Positions 35,318 through 47,434 of a stretch of DNA of 60,117 nt are shown here, piece after piece. This DNA is from Scyliorhinus canicula (taxonomy: Eukaryota): the NCBI RefSeq assembly GCF_902713615.1, contig NW_024055992.1, positions 1 through 60,117 of the forward strand, given 5' to 3'. Position 1 is the stretch's first letter; every line of letters begins with the position of its first letter. Under the pieces are notes generated by a model. That model was not told the origin of the DNA. It did not search any database and was given only the letters and a program-made list of their open reading frames with translations. The translations under genes were made by a program, and so were the position numbers.

Positions 35318-35862
35318 ATGAGGAATCATCTCGCTTCGCTCATCATCGTTATCTCACTTCTCAGTAAGTATTTCCTTCCCAGCAACACCCCATTGTCTTC
35401 CTGACTGCTGTAACCCAGATGTTATTATTGGTAAAATTACAATGATTATTTTGCAGATTATTTTATTGCTTAACATGAGGCTGACTCTGATTGTCATTAT
35501 CGCTGTTATTTCTGTCAGAATGGAGCCAGCAGGACACCGTGGAACAAAAGGAACCTGAAATAACCGTTAAAGAGAAAAGTGAAGTTACATTAACCTGCAT
35601 CTTGAAATCAAGCGCTGCTAACCTTTATGTGTACTGGTACAGTCAGCAGCCCGGGAAAGCTCCAATGTATATGTTTCGTTTTATTGGACAAAATGTGCAA
35701 ATGAACAGCGACCTGAATGATCGGTTTTCTTCTACGTTTGATAAAAGGAACAAGACTACCGAGCTAAAAATCAGTAACACAATGGTCTCCGACAGCGCCG
35801 TGGATTTCTGTGCCATGGAGCCCACACTGCTACAGACATATGGGGGATCCCGTACAAAAACC
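35318..35862 (+). CDS. TRAV/DV: TCR alpha/delta-type V segment, family F, open frame, YYC motif changed to DFC
   Basis: Leader 35318-35363 MRNHLASLIIVISLL, donor GTAAG, V exon 35519-35822 (DTVEQ..LTC..VYWYSQ..DSAVDFCAME), RSS CACACTG 35823-35829, 24-bp spacer, ACAAAAACC 35854-35862. Confidence 0.9.
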
Positions 35863-36419
35863 CCACACTGGCAGTTCCAGCTGCTGCTCAGCTTGGGGCG
35901 CGTCCTCATGGGCAGTTCAGTTTCCGTACTCAGAGTGACATAATTTGTAAGAAAACAACACTCAAAAATAGCAAGAGGTGAGGTCCACTTGCACAGTTAT
36001 ACCAGTTGACGATTCCAACTTACATTCATAACAGATATAAGATTGACGAATCGATCTGTGATTCCTTAACTCCTGCTTCTTGTTCATATCCTGTGCACAG
36101 ACTCACTCACTCAGTAAACTATCAGTTCTCACTGAACTACAACAAATGCAGCAATTTATGTACAAATCGAGCTTTTCCCATCATTACATGTCCCGAGGAG
36201 ATTGTGAGGAACATTTAGGTCGTATGGTCAAAAACGTGGTTAAAGAGTTTGGTTATTTGGGGTGACACAGTGGCTAGCACTGCTACTTCACAGCGCCAGG
36301 GACCCAGATTCAATCAGGCCTTGGACGAGTTTGTGCATCTCCCCGTGTCTGATTTGGTTTTCTCCCTCAATCCAAAAATATGCTGTGGCTAACAATATGC
36401 AGAATAGGTGGATTAGGTG

Positions 36420-37930
36420 GATTTAATATACCTCAATCAAGTCCCCCTTCAGCCTTCTCTGCTCCAAGGACAACAACCCCAACCTGACCAGCCTCTCTTC
36501 ATAGCTGAAACACTCCAGCCCCGGCACCATGCTGGTGACTCTCCACTGCACCCTCTCCACTGCAGTAAAATCCTTGCTACAGTGTCGTGACCAGAACTGC
36601 ACACTGTGGCCCAACAAGCATTCCTACAGCTCCATCATAGCCTCCCTGATCTTATATTCAACGGAAAATAAACTCAAATATTTCATAAGCCTTCTTAACA
36701 ACTTGCCCTCAACCTTCAGGGGTCTTTGGATCCGCAGCCGGGGTCCCTCTGGTTACTGTAATTCCCAGAGTCCTACCCTTCATTGTATATTCCTATGCCT
36801 TTTTGGTCCTGCCAAAATGCATCACCTCGCACTTTTCAGAGGCCATTTGCCACTATTCTAAGGTTTTCCTCCTCACTATTAACCACAGCAACAATTTTGT
36901 CGGAATCTGCGAACTTACTGATTGTACGTCTTTCCAGCGTCCTTGGGTGACACGGAATGTGGAGCTGAGGCCATGGTCACCTTAGCCATGATCTCATTGA
37001 ATTGTGGAGTAGACTCGAGTGGCCGATTGACCGACTCCCTGCTCCCAAGTCGGATGCTCATATGGCAATGAAAAATCCCTGCATTTTCCCGAGTCAGTGT
37101 TTGTTATCCTTCAATGGTGTGGTGAGCTCTATGCCGCAGCCGGTTCGCGGTTCTTGTTATCAGAAAATTATCATATCTTGCTTTATTGCAGCAGAGAAAT
37201 GCATTCCTCCATGCCAGCGACACTCCAGTGAAAGGCAAGACCAGTAGTATTGGGCAGCCAATATCTGGATATAAATGTATACGTGGCAAACCTAGAGGAT
37301 TGTAACTCGTGGAATTAACATAATGCCAGGAATGTTATAGCCCTCAGAATCGCAGATACACAGAACCACACAGTTCAGACGAGGCCCTTCAGCCATCGTG
37401 TCTGCACCAACACGCGAAAAACACCGAACCGAACTACCGAACCCTATTTTCCAGCACTTGAATGTTATTACGTGCCATGTGCTCATCCTGGCACTATTTA
37501 AAGGATGTGAAGCAGACTGCCTCTACCACCCTTCCAGGTAGTTTATTCCAGATCGTCACCACCCTCTAGGTAAGTTTTTCCTCAAATCCCCCATAACGTC
37601 CTGCTCCTCACCTTGAACGTGTGTCCCCTCGTAACTGGCCCTTCAATTAAGGAGAGCAGATGCTCCCTATCCATCCTGTCCATGCCCCTCATAATCTTGT
37701 AAACCTCCATCAGGTCGCCCCTCAGCCTTCTCTGCTCCAGCGAAAACAACCCAAGCCTATCAAACCTCTCTTCAGAACATAAATGTTCCATCCCAGGCAA
37801 CATCCTGGTGAATCTCCTCTGCTACCCCTCCAGTGCAATCACATCCTTCCTATAATGTGGCGACCAGAACTGCACACAGTTCTCCAGCTATGGTCTCACA
37901 ACAGTTCTGTACAAGTCCAACATGATCTCC
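36420..37930 (-). mobile_element. Cluster of CR1 3' fragments (36420-36860 minus, 36930-37050 plus tail, 37340-37930 minus)
   Basis: ORFs VQFWSRH..RRLKGDLIEVY and LGLFSLEQRRLRGDLMEVYKI. Confidence 0.8.
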
Positions 37931-39036
37931 CTGCTTTTATAATTCATGCCTCTGTTGTCCCTGCAAACAGGGGCGGTGTGGTGGCACAGGAACGGCACAG
38001 TGGATAGCACTGCTGCCTCATAGCGCCAGGGACCCCGGTTCACTTCCGGCCGTGACTGACTATCTGTGTACAGATTGCACTTTCTCCCCGTGTCTACGAG
38101 GATTTCCTCTGACTGCTTAAGTTTCTTTTTTATTATTATTACGTTATCAAAGTTACAAAGCCGGAGCTCAGAGTGCGGACCGGGGAGAACCCCTAATGCA
38201 GCTCCTTGCCTGCTCCAAAAAACAATTCAAATTGAATCCAATTCACGGACCCCATCTGAGAGACATACCAGATCCAGGCATTACACCTAACCTCACGCTC
38301 ATCTTCGCCAAAAGGCCGAGAAGCAATTTCCTCCCACAGTTCAATGATGTGTAAGAAATCTGGATTAGCCATGTTAAGTTGCCCCTTTGCGCCCCTTCGT
38401 CTCAACTGGGCGAAGTCAGTCCCTGATCTGTGTGGGAATCCAACTTAAGACATGTCATGTAAATAGAAACTTCAAGGATTTCCGATCGACAAATTATGTT
38501 CTACTAAAGACTAAACCCGGCACCTGTGCTTCCCATGTCCCAGGCTGATAGTACTTCTCATGTTGCGGTTATTGTACAATAAGCGTACATTGTATTCAGC
38601 TGTTGCGTGGATTCAGAGTTTACTGCAAAAAATACCAGGACCCGAAAGCTATTTAGAAATCGAAATTGCAGCTGTTTAGACACTGTCTTTGTTACTAATG
38701 GTGTTTGTAATCAGAAAGGGATGCTTAGTCTGTGCAAATCATCGCTGCATTTCTCTGTTTAAGCCCTGGGATGACGAAGTCGAAAGATTTCCAAGACTTG
38801 CGGAGGTTATAAATCAGAATAACAGCAGGGCTGAACAGACTAGTTTTGTTTATTTTGATTATAACGAAGAAGGTACAAAAGAGTACAAAAACTGATGCGC
38901 TCAGAATTTTGTTTTATTCAGATTGTCCGGAATTATTTTCATCAGCTGAAGGTTCAATGTTTTAAAAAGAAGACAGGGGCAGGTGGATGATATTGCCTGC
39001 TGCGGGTAAGGATGGGTAAGCCGAGCAGCGACACGG

Positions 39037-39108
39037 AGGTACGGACGGGATTTGAACACACGATTTTTGGTTTACGAAACCAACGCCTTTCCGCTTGGCC
39101 ACCGCATT
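39037..39108 (-). pseudogene. tRNA-Thr(CGT) pseudogene
   Basis: Minus strand AATGCGGTGGCCAAGCGGAAAGGCGTTGGTTTCGTAAACCAAAAATCGTGTGTTCAAATCCCGTCCGTACCT follows the vertebrate Thr-CGT pattern but has acceptor- and T-stem mismatches and a GTTCAAAT B box. Confidence 0.78.
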
Positions 39109-39339
39109 GTGTGCAAGCAAGCTGCATTAATTGCACTGTGAGTTGTTACCAATTGGAGTCTGGCGTCAAAATTGATGGGAGAAGAATAATCAGTGGAACA
39201 TTTGAAAAGGTTTTGTCAGAACGTGGGAGCAGAAACAAGCGCGGGATTTAAATGTAGGGTGAAAAGGGCAATAGAAATACCTCTTACAAATAGGTGCAGG
39301 TAGCGTCAGTTGAATCACCCCCTCCACCTGACGCTATAT

Positions 39340-39960
39340 TGTTCTCAGCGAGTTGAGCAGTGAGCGGCTGCAGGGTGATCACAGGCTGCTGCATGTTACT
39401 ATTTCCGCTCCCTCACTTGCGAATGCAGCTGATAATAACCGGCGCACACTTTTTTCAGCTTTGAGTCTGCCCCGTCCCCGGTCACAGTTTCCGTTTGTTG
39501 TTCTCGCTCTAACACCATTGTGTTATTCTAGACATTGCAGCCGCTGGTTGATTGTCGTCTTTGGTTGGATCAGCAATGCAGTGGGACCTGAATCTAGATT
39601 GCTCCTCCGATAGATAATTGCCTGCCCTGAAGAGCGATTGATTCAGGAACTATCGCGGGGAACCGCCTCTCGCTCTCTTCGTTATGATCTCGCTATTCAG
39701 TATTTCCTTCACTGCAAAACCCCCATTCTCCCCTCACTGTGTAATTATTGTCCATTACATAATAACGAAGATGCTATGGAAGACCGTTATGTTGTTCGAT
39801 ATGAGGCTGATTCTGAATTTTGAAATTGTTGTTGTTTTCTCTTCGTTTCTATCAAACTGGAGCCACCAAGGCCCAGTGGAACATCTGGACGCTGACAATG
39901 TTGGAGAGAGTGACCACATTATATAGCAGAAGAGTACCAGGAATGAAAACAGACAAGGGA
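39340..39960 (+). pseudogene. Decayed paralog of the family F V segment (promoter, leader, intron, start of V exon)
   Basis: Colinear matches to 35010-35600: ctatttccgctcc, tgcagctga, gccgctggtt, cagtatttccttc, atgaggctga(t/c)tctga, and NWSHQGPVEH versus KWSQQDTVEQ; no ATG, donor or RSS recognisable. Confidence 0.6.
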
Positions 39961-40997
39961 ATCTTGGATTCTTTTGCTTGTCACACAAAAAAGATAGAAA
40001 AGAGAATCAATTTACCTCCTCAGATGTTTGCCCTTGTCCTGGAGGGGATCGCATGTAATTATTTCCATTGGAAGAAGATTCAATGACAAAACCACATTAA
40101 TTTCATGGAAAAATGGATAGTGAAGGACGAACTTTATTTTTTCCATTGTGATTTCTTATTATCGGGAATACCGCGTCAAAATGATAAAGAGCGAAGATAC
40201 ACAGGAACTTGTCAAATGGATATTGCCATAAATTGAAAACGGATGGCAACGTGGAAAATACGGGTGTGAAAGCCGCTAGGGGTCGCACTTTAAAATAAGC
40301 CTCATTCCGTTCCCTAAATGTTTGTGAATCTGGGTCCTTCCTGCCCACATAATGTTTTTCTGTTTCCTCAGTCACTGGCGCAATGAAAATGTGCAGAATG
40401 GGCAAAAACTTCCGGAGACTCAATCGCTGATATTTCCACTCCATCAATTGCGATGGCAGCTGATAGTTTGATCAGTTTTGAATCTGTGATATTGCTGGAC
40501 ATTGCGTTATTGCGTTTACTTCTCTCGGTTTAACCCGATGTGCTACTGCAGACATTGCATCCCAGGGCCCATTTCTGTCGTTGGTTCGGTCAGCAGTTCA
40601 GTTCGACTGGATTTTGTATTTCTACTTGTGTCCAAAAATGTGCATGTTCTGCAGATTTCTGACACGGCGAGTTGGAACATTCCACATGTGGAATTAGTCT
40701 CTCCACACGTCCATCACATCAATGTAAAGACATCAAAGTTGACTTCCCGTCAGTACAGAAAAGAACCACAGCATTTACACTACTTTCTGCTAGATATCAT
40801 CTTCTAATTCCGGTAACGTCACTGTAACTAGCGTTTGCATTGTGTTTCGCGAATATATACCCCTGTAAGGAGGAGACCAGGACAAAGATTAATCTGTACA
40901 CTAAGGCTGGTCTGATGCTTGTTTGACGTGCTTGTCCTGCTTTCCAAATTTATTCCTGCCACAATTTAACTTTTAAAAAAAGTTTTAAGCGCCTTTC

Positions 40998-41044
40998 CAA
41001 CAATGAATGTTACCCGCATTTCAGCAACATCAGCGGATCTGCAT
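40998..41044 (-). pseudogene. Orphan family E leader exon with promoter (41050-41290) and intron remnant (40660-40997); no V exon found
   Basis: Inverted homolog of 42690-43335; ATG CAG ATC CGC TGA, donor GTAAG changed to GAAAG; perfect CRE at 41122-41129. Confidence 0.7.
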
Positions 41045-41784
41045 TGCTGCTGGTTCTTGATGCTCAGAAACCAGCAGAACATCCAACAAGATAAAGCTGA
41101 GAGCATTGGGTGAGGCGGCTCTGACGTCACTACCTATCGAACGAATGATCGGAAGAGCAGGATTCGCTGATCTGTTTCGTCTGATGTCACCTATTTAACC
41201 ACACGTTTATTCCAGAGAACTGAGGCAGTTGCCGTGGATTCTGCTGATCAGAGCGGCACGAGAACACAGACAGCTTGATCCTTAATGTTTAATATTCTGT
41301 TCAAACCTGCCAAACCGACGCCATTTATTCCATATACCAGCCGTTAGCTGGAATTGGCGGAACTGAAAGCTTTCACTGCTCACTTGTCCTCTCGATGGGC
41401 CTTTACTAGCCGTAGTAGCTGCAATAACCAGTGAGAAGTTCTGTGAATGGGAGCTACCGGCATTGTTAGTAACACATTAAGAGCTATTTCCCTTCACTTT
41501 ACCCATCTCGCAAAGTGAAACTGTTGAAGGGACAACATTGTGTTTAATTCCTGTTCCCTGTTCGATTCAATGCTTCCCGCCCTTATGTCATGAATTGGAG
41601 CATGAAGGAGCTCTCAGCTGATTGGATCAAGACTGGAACAAAGACCCCATGAACTAATTGGGTAAAAGGTGATGATCTGTCAGGAAAGAACCAATCGGCA
41701 AAGATACCAGGTGTTACTCATCCCGAACCCAACTCATCACAAATATAATTTCAGGTTCAAATCCGCTGTCAGCTCTCTGCAAAC

Positions 41785-42252
41785 ATGTTGGTCGTTGCTT
41801 TATATTCATTCCTCACAACTGTAGCTCTCTTAACTGAGAAGTTTACAGAATACAAAATCTCCATCGTGCAGGCAATGTGTTCTGTGTTTTCTCTTTATTT
41901 CTACCAGCCGTTAGTGGTTTAGACTCAGCCTCACACGAACCGGTTTCCGCAACACATTTTGAAGGAGACACCGTGATAATTAATTGCAGCAATTCGACCA
42001 CTGCTGATTAGCATGATTTACAGCTGTACTGCCAGGGCCCGGATATAGCCCCCACATTTATGGGCGACATCCCGAAATACGAAGATGTTTTCATGCAGAG
42101 GGCGTGGGGACTCGATTTTCAGCATCTCTCGACACTTCGAAAAGTGAGGGGAATTTCACCATCCGGGAGCTGCGGCTGTCTGACAGCGTGGTGTATTACT
42201 GCGGACTGGGAGACACAGTGTCAGCAACCAGAGGGAGCCTCGTACAAAAACA
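41785..42252 (+). pseudogene. V pseudogene, family C
   Basis: Leader 41785-41836 MLVVALYSFLTTVALLT with donor GT changed to AG; V exon 41908-42213 with TAG at 42009-42011 and a later frameshift; intact RSS CACAGTG 42214-42220, 23 bp, ACAAAAACA 42244-42252. Confidence 0.9.
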
Positions 42253-42959
42253 CTGCAGCATTGTGACAGAGTGGACGGAATAGTGGACCGTGGAGGGATG
42301 TATCGCTACTGCTAGCAATGAGCAGATGGACTTGAAAATGGAGCCACAAGACAGATCCCAGAAGCTCTGAACAGAGGTGTTAGATGTCAGATTTGATTCA
42401 CTCAATAATGAGCAATTGAGTGGAAACATTTAAGGTTTATTTGACAAACTGACATTTTAACATAGGTTAAATTGAAACTTTCTCCAGCTGATTGTCATTG
42501 TATTTTCCCGCTCTGTTTGATACGACACGAAGCCAAAACAAGTCTGAGAACATATTTCCTTTCATCCCCTCCTCAAATTAAGTATTTTTAGTGAATAAAA
42601 TGCTCGGAACACCTTCATTCACATTCAGCACTTGTATTTTCTTTCTTCAAGGCTGTTTCTTTCGAGAGCCGAAGATACAAATGTCTCTCAGATCAATTCG
42701 GGATCAAGTTTTCTGTGTTTTCCGGTCTCGCGCTGATGATCAAAATGCACGGCAACTGCCTTAATTCCCTGGAATAAACATGTATTGTTAAAAAAGTGAC
42801 AACAGACCAATCAGATCCAGCTATCCTAGCTCTTCCTATCATTCGTTCCATAGGCAGTAACGTCAGAGCAGCCTCAGCCAATGCTCTCAGCTTTATCTTG
42901 TTGGGTATTCTGCGGGTTTCTGCGACATAATTAGTCCGCGCAATCCAGGACCAGCAGCA

Positions 42960-44042
42960 ATGCGGATCCCCGTTCTCGCTGTGATCTGGATAACATTCAT
43001 TGCTGGTAAGACGTTTAAAACTTTTTTAAAAGTTCATTTCTAGAGGAAGAAATTTGGAAAGCAGTACCCTTGTGTTAATCAAGTACCCAACCTGCCTGGG
43101 AAAACACGAGTCTATGCCCTACTAGCCTCTTCTTTATATGAGTTTATATTGGCAAAACACAAAGCATACGTGATTTAGAGTGACGATACCGAATTGGATG
43201 ATGATATCTATCAGAAAGCAATGTAAATGTTCTGGTTCTTTTCTGTACTAACAGGAAGTCAACCTTGATGTCTTTACTATGATCTGTTGGGCGTGTGGAG
43301 AGGATAATTCCACAGGTTCCAAATCTCGGTGCCAGGAATCGAAGCACCCCCAAATTTTCTAACTGGGAAATAAGGAAAAATCACTTTAGAAAGAGAGGAA
43401 GAATGTGGCTCAAATTAACACAAGGAAGAGTTGAGGAGCGGAGCACTGATACATTTCAAGGGAAACTAGATAAATATATGAGAGAGATAGGGGTGGAGGG
43501 ATTTGCTGATACAATGGGATGAGGCGAGATGGAGGATTCTCCTGGGGATTTTAAACACTGACATGAAACAATTGGGCCGAACGAGCTTTCTTGTGCTCTA
43601 AATTCTATTTTTTTAATGTTACACTGATGGAATTTTCACCATCAGTTCAGTTAAATTGAAATTCAATCACTTATTTCCACATTCTATAACCGTGTGTTGC
43701 AGGTCTGAGCGATGGAGATTATATGACTCAGCGGGAATCCTCACTCACACAGACAGAGGGAGAAGATGTCACGCTAACCTATACATATATCGATGATGCT
43801 TATTATTTATTCTGGTAGCATCAATACCCAGACAGACAGCCCGAGTTTGCGGTCCGGAGGCACACGGGTGGCGGTGATGAATTGAAGGCGGATTTCGCAC
43901 AGGGCCGGTTTCTGATACAGTCCAGCAGTCGGACAAGTTGTACTGATTGGCCATCTCGGAGCTGCGGCTGTCTGACACCGCGGTCTATTACTGTGCACAG
44001 AGTCTCCCTGATGGGAACGAGGGAAAGTCTCGAATAAAAACT
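42960..44042 (+). pseudogene. V pseudogene, family E
   Basis: Leader 42960-43005 MRIPVLAVIWITFIA with GTAAG; V exon 43703-44003 with Cys23 to Tyr (TAT 43780-43782), TAG at 43816-43818 and a frameshift, ending DTAVYYCAQ; decayed RSS CTCCCTG, 23 bp, ATAAAAACT. Confidence 0.88.
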
Positions 44043-45154
44043 GCCGTAGGTTTCTGGGTCACAGCTGCTGCATGTTGGGAGCTGTTTATAACAGCGACTC
44101 AGACACTGAAACGTGAATGTTTCCTGTGAGCACAGACCCCGAGTACAATCCACATAAACACCATCTAAAATCATTCAGTCCGATTATTGCATTTACTGAG
44201 AGCAGAATTAGTTGATGCTGGTACGGGGATATCTGAGAACTGGCCACAACCACTGAGAAAGTAAACTGTGCAGGTGGCCGGGAACTATTTATATCCCTGA
44301 CCGCTGTTCAGGAAATCTCTGAGCGACAAGTCATTTTTGGTTTGAAATATCAGTCTATAGTGCAAACTAATGCCCACTGGGTGAGGATAATCTTAATAAT
44401 CATAATAACCCGATTGAACATCTCTCAATGTTAATGTCACTGACACATATTAAAACTCAGAATCTTTAACATCGCTGAAAAAGTCCATGTTGTTGTTTCC
44501 CCTGACATTGCTGTTCTTACCATTGTCCTGGTGAGTACAAGGCCAAAAACTTCGACAATTATTTTTAGCAATGCTCAGGTCTGTGCTACCGAACAATCAA
44601 TCCTTAATGTAGAAAAAGTACAGAGGTTATTTTCCGGACATGATTAGGAGCTGATGAACAATGATTCATAAGTAAATTATCCATAAGGGCAGATTTCGCG
44701 TGTTCTAAGCACCTGGATTAACGGTAACAAAAACAACTGACTACAACAATCAAATGGAAATGAACAGCACGAAGTTTTCCATAAGCACCAGAATCGCTCT
44801 GGGAAATCTGAACACATCGGGTAAGGCTTTCTGCACAAACTATTTGTACATTTGACCTGAGCACACCTCAGTGTTATATACCCACTGCTGCATTTACCTG
44901 GTGTTTGAAAGACTGGTTCACAATGTCAATGTCAAATCAGCACTTTTGTCACAATATCTTCAAGTTGGAACCCGAAATAAATACTGCAATTTTTTGGATG
45001 TAAAATAAGCAGAGAAACCCATCCCCAGCGCAGCATCTGCTGCTCTCGGCTTGTGCATAATTTGGGTATATTTCAATCAGAAATATCAGCTGATAGGTTC
45101 ATAAAGCCCAGCTTTCCCCCCTCTGCTCCCTATTCTCTTTGTCACACTGTGCCA

Positions 45155-45708
45155 GTGTTTTGTACGAGGCTCCCTCTGGTTGCCGTCACTGTGTCTCTCA
45201 GTCCGCAGTAATACACCGCGCTGTCAGACAGCCGCAACTCCTGAATGGTGAAATTCCCCTCTCCTTTTGAAGTATCCAGAGATGCAGAAAATCGACTCCC
45301 CACACCATCTGCTCTGGAAACATCTCCGTAGTTATAGATATAGATCAATAATGTGAGGGCTTTGTTCCTGTCCTGACGGTACAGCTGTAAATAATATGAA
45401 TCCGCTCTGGTCGAATAGCTGTAAATAATGGCCACTGAGTCTTCTTCAAATTGTGTCACTGCAAGCGGCTCTTGAGAGAACCAGTCTTCACCTCTAACCG
45501 CTGAAAACATTTAGAAATAGTGGTCTTTATTTTTTTATTATCACGGTGTTTCCAAGTTAAGGACATAGATTGCAAACGGAGGGGAGATACATTTCAATGA
45601 TGATTTCTATATCGGTATTACGAGCAAAGAAAAAACTGTGCAACTTGTAAACTTACCAGTTAAGAGAGCTGCACTTGTGAGCACTGTGTAAAAGATAACA
45701 GCCAACAT
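45155..45708 (-). CDS. TRAV/DV: V segment, family C, open frame but Tyr at Cys23 and Leu at Trp41
   Basis: Leader 45708-45657 MLAVIFYTVLTSAALLT, donor GTAAG, V exon 45500-45194 (..VAIIYSYST..YLQLYRQ..DSAVYYCGLR), RSS CACAGTG 45193-45187, 23 bp, ACAAAACAC 45163-45155. Functionality doubtful. Confidence 0.8.
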
Positions 45709-45832
45709 GTTCACTGTGCTGGTGGTGGATTTAAACAGAGTGAGTTGAAGTTGAATTGTTTCAGATAAGACTTGACAAGATGTTGAGTCATATCCCACCC
45801 CGCTACTGATTGGTTCATTCCTGACAGAGTCT

Positions 45833-45955
45833 AAAGAACAAATAAAAGTACAGCACAGGAACAGACCCTTCGGCCCTCCAAGGCTGTGCCGACCATGCTG
45901 ACGGTCTAAACTAAATTCCTCTGCACATCCGGGGTCCGTATATCTCTATTCCCTC
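45833..45955 (-). mobile_element. Short CR1 3' tail inserted in a V promoter
   Basis: gggccgaagggtctgttcctgtgctgtactttt tail on the minus strand; absent from the homologous promoter at 58700-58750. Confidence 0.8.
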
Positions 45956-46039
45956 TATTGAGCGACACCCAATCAGCCCTCAGCACCTGTGTCCTACATT
46001 TTATCCAATCAGCTCAGAGTTTCTTTGTTCTTAACTCCA

Positions 46040-46047
46040 TGACGTCA
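46040..46047. promoter_or_regulatory. CRE site TGACGTCA in family C promoter
   Basis: Perfect palindrome; homologous AGACGTCA at 58635-58642; flanked by conserved CTGATTGG boxes. Confidence 0.6.
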
Positions 46048-46621
46048 GAACAAGGAAAATGGAACCGCATGAAACTTCTCAAAACAATGAACTGAACTGA
46101 ATCACATCAGAGAATAAGAAACAGGAGCTGCAGTGGACCATTTGCTCCTTCACTTGGGCCTGCTCCACCATTCAATAAGATCATGGCTGATATAACTCAT
46201 ATCCTCCTTTCTGCACTATCCACAACTGTCTTATTTGCCTTAATATCCGCAGATCTTTGGAACCCTCCTTGAAGAAACTCAGCGACTGAACAACTACGTT
46301 CTCTGTGCTACAGACCAATAACAAAACGAGCATTCAATCAATTGTTGGATCTTTATCGGGATTAATCTTTGAGATGGGGCACGGATTGGTAACATTTCAT
46401 ATTGTTCTGATAACAGAACCAGAGCCTCCCATTTACAGAGCTGCTTGGAGATCAGGAAAACTAATGTAAAGCGGGATTTTACACAGAATAATAAACATTC
46501 GGTATCACAGGAGGTGATCATCCGCGCAGCTGTTCTTTATAATATTGTTTTATTTATATTAACAGTTCACAATTCTACTGACAGATCTGATTCCGTGAAG
46601 AGGAGGTGAGAGTGCATTGCA

Positions 46622-47088
46622 GGTTTTTGTACGGGTTGACTGTACTCTGTAACAGTGTGGGGATCAGCGCACAGAGATACACGGCAGAGTCAGAGACACG
46701 GACCCCAGTGATATTTAATGGAACGATTTTCTTGTCTTTGTCCAAATCAGCAGAAAATCGGTCAGAAAACTCTGGTGACTTATCGCCGCTTTCCTTGCCG
46801 AACATTTTCAGTAAATATCTCGGAGCTTTCCCGGGATACTGGATGTACCAGAAGAGAGTTGGCGAGGAGTATTGTGCTTTGTAACTGCAGTTCAACATTG
46901 CCGTCTGTTCTTCCTCAACCGTTAATTCACGCGCGTCCTGGGAAACTGAATCTTGGCCATTCGTTCCTGTAACAAGATATAGAATGTGTCAGAAATCTGT
47001 GAGTAAATATAACCCATGAAACACACACTGAGGATTTGAGCTCAGACTCACCGGGCAGTAAGACCATTATTATCAGTAAAGCAAACAT
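46622..47088 (-). CDS. TRAV/DV: TCR alpha/delta-type V segment, family A, intact
   Basis: Leader 47088-47052 MFALLIIMVLLP, donor GTGAG, V exon 46966-46660 (DSVSQ..LNC..LFWYIQ..DSAVYLCALI), RSS CACACTG 46659-46653, 22-bp spacer, ACAAAAACC 46630-46622. Confidence 0.94.
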
Positions 47089-47434
47089 GGTTCCCGATTG
47101 GACAGCTAACAGCGTCACTGTTTCAGATATGTTCCTGCTTCTAGCCTCACAGCAAAGAGTCAATTCAGACCAGATGTAAAGGCTTCACTTAGTGGGAAAT
47201 TGAGGGGCTTTCCTCCGTGCTGCGATTGGCTCGTCTCTCAGTCTTGCCGTCCGCTGTGGACCAATCATAGTTAGTTGAGGACGAAACACAGCTGGTTCTC
47301 TCCAATCAGATTCCACCCCCGGTTGTGTTTTTCAGTCTTGTTCCCTTTTCTCTGTCTCACATTATTAGACATTTTGGCTTTTTCTGGGTGTAACTCGCTT
47401 TTCTTCGAAATTTCGGTAGATCTTTACCTTTAAT

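Noticed and set aside
35475-35518. Hydrophobic MRLTLIVIIAVISV in the intron as an alternative unspliced leader
   Set aside because: Its ATG is out of frame with the V exon by one base.
39820-40810. ORFs of 88-114 aa as a novel gene
   Set aside because: No recognisable domain; overlap the decayed V relic and the intron arm of the inverted repeat; homologous sequence at 43144-43353 is intronic.
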